From NCBI GenBank assembly GCA_001687465.1, contig LVLI01000094.1, positions 124,001 through 145,723 on the forward strand: a stretch of 21,723 bases of DNA, read 5' to 3'. The notes below the pieces were generated by a model. That model had not been told where the DNA came from. It ran no database searches and saw only the letters and a program-made list of their open reading frames with translations. The DNA comes from Halocafeteria seosinensis. Its lineage: Eukaryota. Below are positions 18,733 through 21,723 of this stretch, piece after piece (the stretch's first letter is position 1; each line of letters starts with the position of its first letter). A program made the translations under genes and the position numbers.

Positions 18733-21481
18733 TCAACCCAACTGACTACCTTCTCCGCTGTCGAGTTTGTCCAAAAGAGATTTTAGAGCAAGAGCCTCTC
18801 GGCTGTCTTCTTCAGGAAGTGGAGGGAACGGCTCCTCGCCTAACTCGCTTCGTTTCTTAACTCTTTGAACGAATTCTGGCTTAGTGTAAGGACAATATTT
18901 CTCCTCCGGTGCACTAATACTGTCAAAGAGGGCCTTCCAGGGAAACAGATCCTCCTTTCGGCTTTCAATATCCTCTCTTCTCCCTGTCCAACACCCACCG
19001 AGGAAGGTTTGGCATTCCGTCAAGCACTTACTCGGATTGGATACGGGGCTCCTCACAAGACCGGCAAACGAAAACGAGGAAATCGCATCAAATACAACTC
19101 GGCCTCCATGCACCTGTTTAGCATAAGTAGCGCAATCCGTACTGATTGGGACATGAGAAGCAAAAGTCTGGAGAGGAGCAACAAACGCCGCTGGGTTGAA
19201 CATTGAACTCGCAAACAGAGTCCCTGGTAGCACAGTTTCTTCAACAAATTCGCGCAAGAGCCTCATTGGTGAGCACGAAATCAATAATTCCCAGAGTAAG
19301 CAATTTATCTGATGAACGCATTGCGAGTAAAGAAGCAAAAGCGCCTTGTTTTGCTCGTATTCCGCAACGTGCACAATCTTGCAGAAGATAGCCAACGACG
19401 AGACCAATGCGTGAGCAAGATCCGAACGAACCTGAGGCTGCTGCGAAAACTGGAAGCTGATTGTACTGTAAAACCCCTGTAGGTAGCGCATAGATTCACG
19501 TAATACATGAGTCAGAGCAAATTGGGCCCAAGAGTTGGGACGACACATATCGCATTCTTTAGGGGTCGGAGTTGCGTTTCGTCCCAGATCCATTTCGGAA
19601 CATTCCGAGAGCGAAGAGCTAAAGTCTTGTAGGACACTGGTTATGTCCTCTTCCTCATTCACTGGCAAAGCACCCAATGTGTCGAACTCAAACAGCAGAC
19701 TTGCTAGCCTCGTGTTAAGCAAGCGTATAGCAGGTGAAGGACCTGGAACACTTTGGAGCGGTAAGAATGCCATCCAGTCGTAGTATCCCAAGTCGGTAAA
19801 CACTTGGGTAAGCATAATTTCAATAAAGCACCTTGAGAAATGGAACGTCAGCCCGTGCATTACATCACCCGATACCTTTGTTGCTTTAGTAAGTCCCCGC
19901 TCCAACAGCGTAACGTCCGTCTTGGACACCAGGTTTCCGCCCTCGTGAAGCATGCTTTCAACAGCCGTCTCATCCATAAGCTGTTTACATATCTCCAGAA
20001 GCAGCTGTGAGTCATCGATACATCGATACAAGTTTGAATATAAGAGTGAGATCATGTTGATAATGCTAATCCTTTGCTGAGTCCACGACATGGCCGATCC
20101 GACCTTCGTCGGTTCAGCCCTATCACTGGATTTTTTTTCCGACAAAGCACCGAACGAGTACACACATTGGCAGAGAACCTGGTTCCATTTCTCAATGAGT
20201 TTAACACATAGGATAAGCGACGAGCAAATGTCCCGGCGTGTTCGAAGAGGCAGCGACGAAAACTCGAATGTCAGTTCTTCAGAAGGGTGTTCAGCTTCCT
20301 TGTCACGCATTCCTATGTCAATCCCTGAAATTGATTTCCACGTAGTTCGTACACTTTGCATGAGTTTCAAAAGAGGGGTCAACGCAGTCGGTACATACGC
20401 ATCTGGGAGCAAAACAAATGGGGTGTGAGAATCTATGCTGACGCTTCGACAAAACAGACACGAACCGATTAAATAGTCATGGTTCTTAAGGTGAGAGAAC
20501 GCCTTTCCGCTTTCACTGGGGATGCTGTTCTTGAGTTTTTCCTGACAGTATGCCGCTGTCCGACTTATCTTTTCTAGTAGGATATCGTTCACTCCAGCCT
20601 TGCGACACAAAGCTGACGCGCAGATAAACCATGGAGAGGAATTCCAGGGGAGCCGCTCTAGTAGCTCATGTTCAACATTGTCTTTTGCCATATCATCAGC
20701 TACAGCGAGAAAACTGTGCGCAATATTTTCTCGAAGATGGTCCAAACTCTTCCCTAGTTTCAGCACGCAAACAAACTTTCGGTTGACTGCAACACCAACA
20801 TACATCTCAAACACCAGTCTATTGTTGACATTGAGCATGCTCCATAATAAATGTAGCCCATAAAAAACTACTTACGGTCCTCCTTTCCGATATCATCAAT
20901 GACAGATGCCCCCTTATATTTCAACGACTTCTCCAGGTCCTTTTTGAACCGCCTGCAACGAGTGCTTGACACTATTCCCTACAAAGAAGAAAAAGCCTCT
21001 TCACAGCAGAACCCAAAACGTACCGTACTCGATTTTCTACCTTTGTCCCAACCAAGGAGCTACTCAAGTGCACCGCAGCCGTCACAATCTCTTCTGTCGT
21101 GGTTGCGTCGGCTAGAGCTCGAACTTCCTGGGAGAGAGCTTGTTGGCCATCCGAGCTGTCACCGTCCGTCTCCCCTTCGTCTTCTCCAAAATCGAACCGA
21201 CTCTGTCTGGATGCAATACTGGTGTTCCCTAAAGATGATCTCGCGCTTCCTAATGACTGAATACTGCCTTGTTCAGACACTCCACTAAAGCTCAGCCGTC
21301 GTAAATGGGACGCTTTACTCGGTGTTTCCGGCGATGGGAGACCACTATCGTGCGCTTCATCCTCATGCTCAGGCACATGGAGTGCATTTTCCTTAACTGC
21401 GCTCCCAAAAGGTGCCTTTGTAGGCCTTGAATGAGGTCCGGAGGAGCCAGCTCCTCCCGGGCCTCCCAGGGGCGGATTCAT
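18733..21481 (-). CDS. Uncharacterised ~869-aa mostly helical protein, tentatively KIAA0825-like; exons 21481-21029 (or -21041), 20978-20876, 20786-18733
   Basis: Intron 20875-20787 (GTAAGT..TTGCAG) and an intron ending TTGTAG at 20979 link three open frames. The donor of the first intron is ambiguous (GTACGG at 21028 or GTAGAA at 21040). The start at ATG 21481 is inferred because the frame stays open further upstream. The family suggestion is from recalled similarity only. Confidence 0.75.
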
Positions 21482-21512
21482 GCCGAAATCGTCGCCATAC
21501 AGAGCTGGGATA

Positions 21513-21609
21513 TTTCGGGGGTCCGGTATCGGGGGTTTTTTCGGGGGCCCCGCCAGATTCTCTTCCGTACAGCTTGTTTTATCGGGGCTACATGGTGAAA
21601 TTTCGGGGG
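21513..21609. promoter_or_regulatory. Five copies of T[TA]TCGGGG upstream of the inferred ATG at 21481; probable clustered cis-element
   Basis: TCGGGG cores start at 21515, 21529, 21541, 21582 and 21603, each preceded by TT or TA. Confidence 0.5.
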
Positions 21610-21723
21610 CACAGTTGCCAGTGGACCAATGATGGAACATGAGCCGATTTAGACACAGAAATGGCGTGTAATTCGAGTGGTGCAACAACGTACTCTCTAC
21701 TGACTATTCACTATCTTCTAAAT

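Noticed and set aside
242..21642. Numerous 60-190 aa antisense or alternate-frame ORFs in the ORF track (e.g. 242-637, 2052-2621, 5292-5843, 7279-7713, 10554-11033)
   Set aside because: They are shadows of well-supported genes on the other strand or frame and have no independent signatures.
1..21723. tRNA, rRNA, spliceosomal snRNA, telomerase template, CRISPR array or transposase
   Set aside because: GGTTCGA-like T-loop matches lie within coding exons without cloverleaf context. I saw no U1/U2/U5/U6 signature, telomeric template, regularly spaced repeat array or mobile-element ORF.

Overview
Gene-dense eukaryotic nuclear DNA from a compact protist genome. The eL24 sequence resembles stramenopile proteins, but that is an inference from recalled similarity, not a search. 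I reconstructed ten spliced protein-coding genes by hand: the 3' end of an unknown gene (+), RPL24/eL24 (-), RSL24D1/Rlp24 (-), a WW + C2HC zinc-finger protein (-), condensin II kleisin NCAPH2 (-), a small 4-TM protein (+), longin R-SNARE VAMP7 (-), a METTL23-like methyltransferase (+), a ~1295-aa coiled-coil protein (-) and an ~869-aa unknown, possibly KIAA0825-like protein (-). I saw no tRNA, rRNA, CRISPR array or transposase. Nineteen GT-AG introns are 50-89 nt. Four are much longer (166, 215, 352, 440 nt; the two longest are inferred 5'-UTR introns), and all four carry multi-helix fold-back structure. In three, a closing stem leaves only ~56-83 unpaired nt, about a normal intron length. 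The RPL24 leader intron has two self-complementary arms that could form a two-state switch. Two intergenic stretches (~1384-1651, ~12620-12765) are also hairpin-rich. RPL24 lies directly downstream of its ribosome-assembly placeholder paralog Rlp24. All RNA pairings were found by eye; no folding or database search was run.
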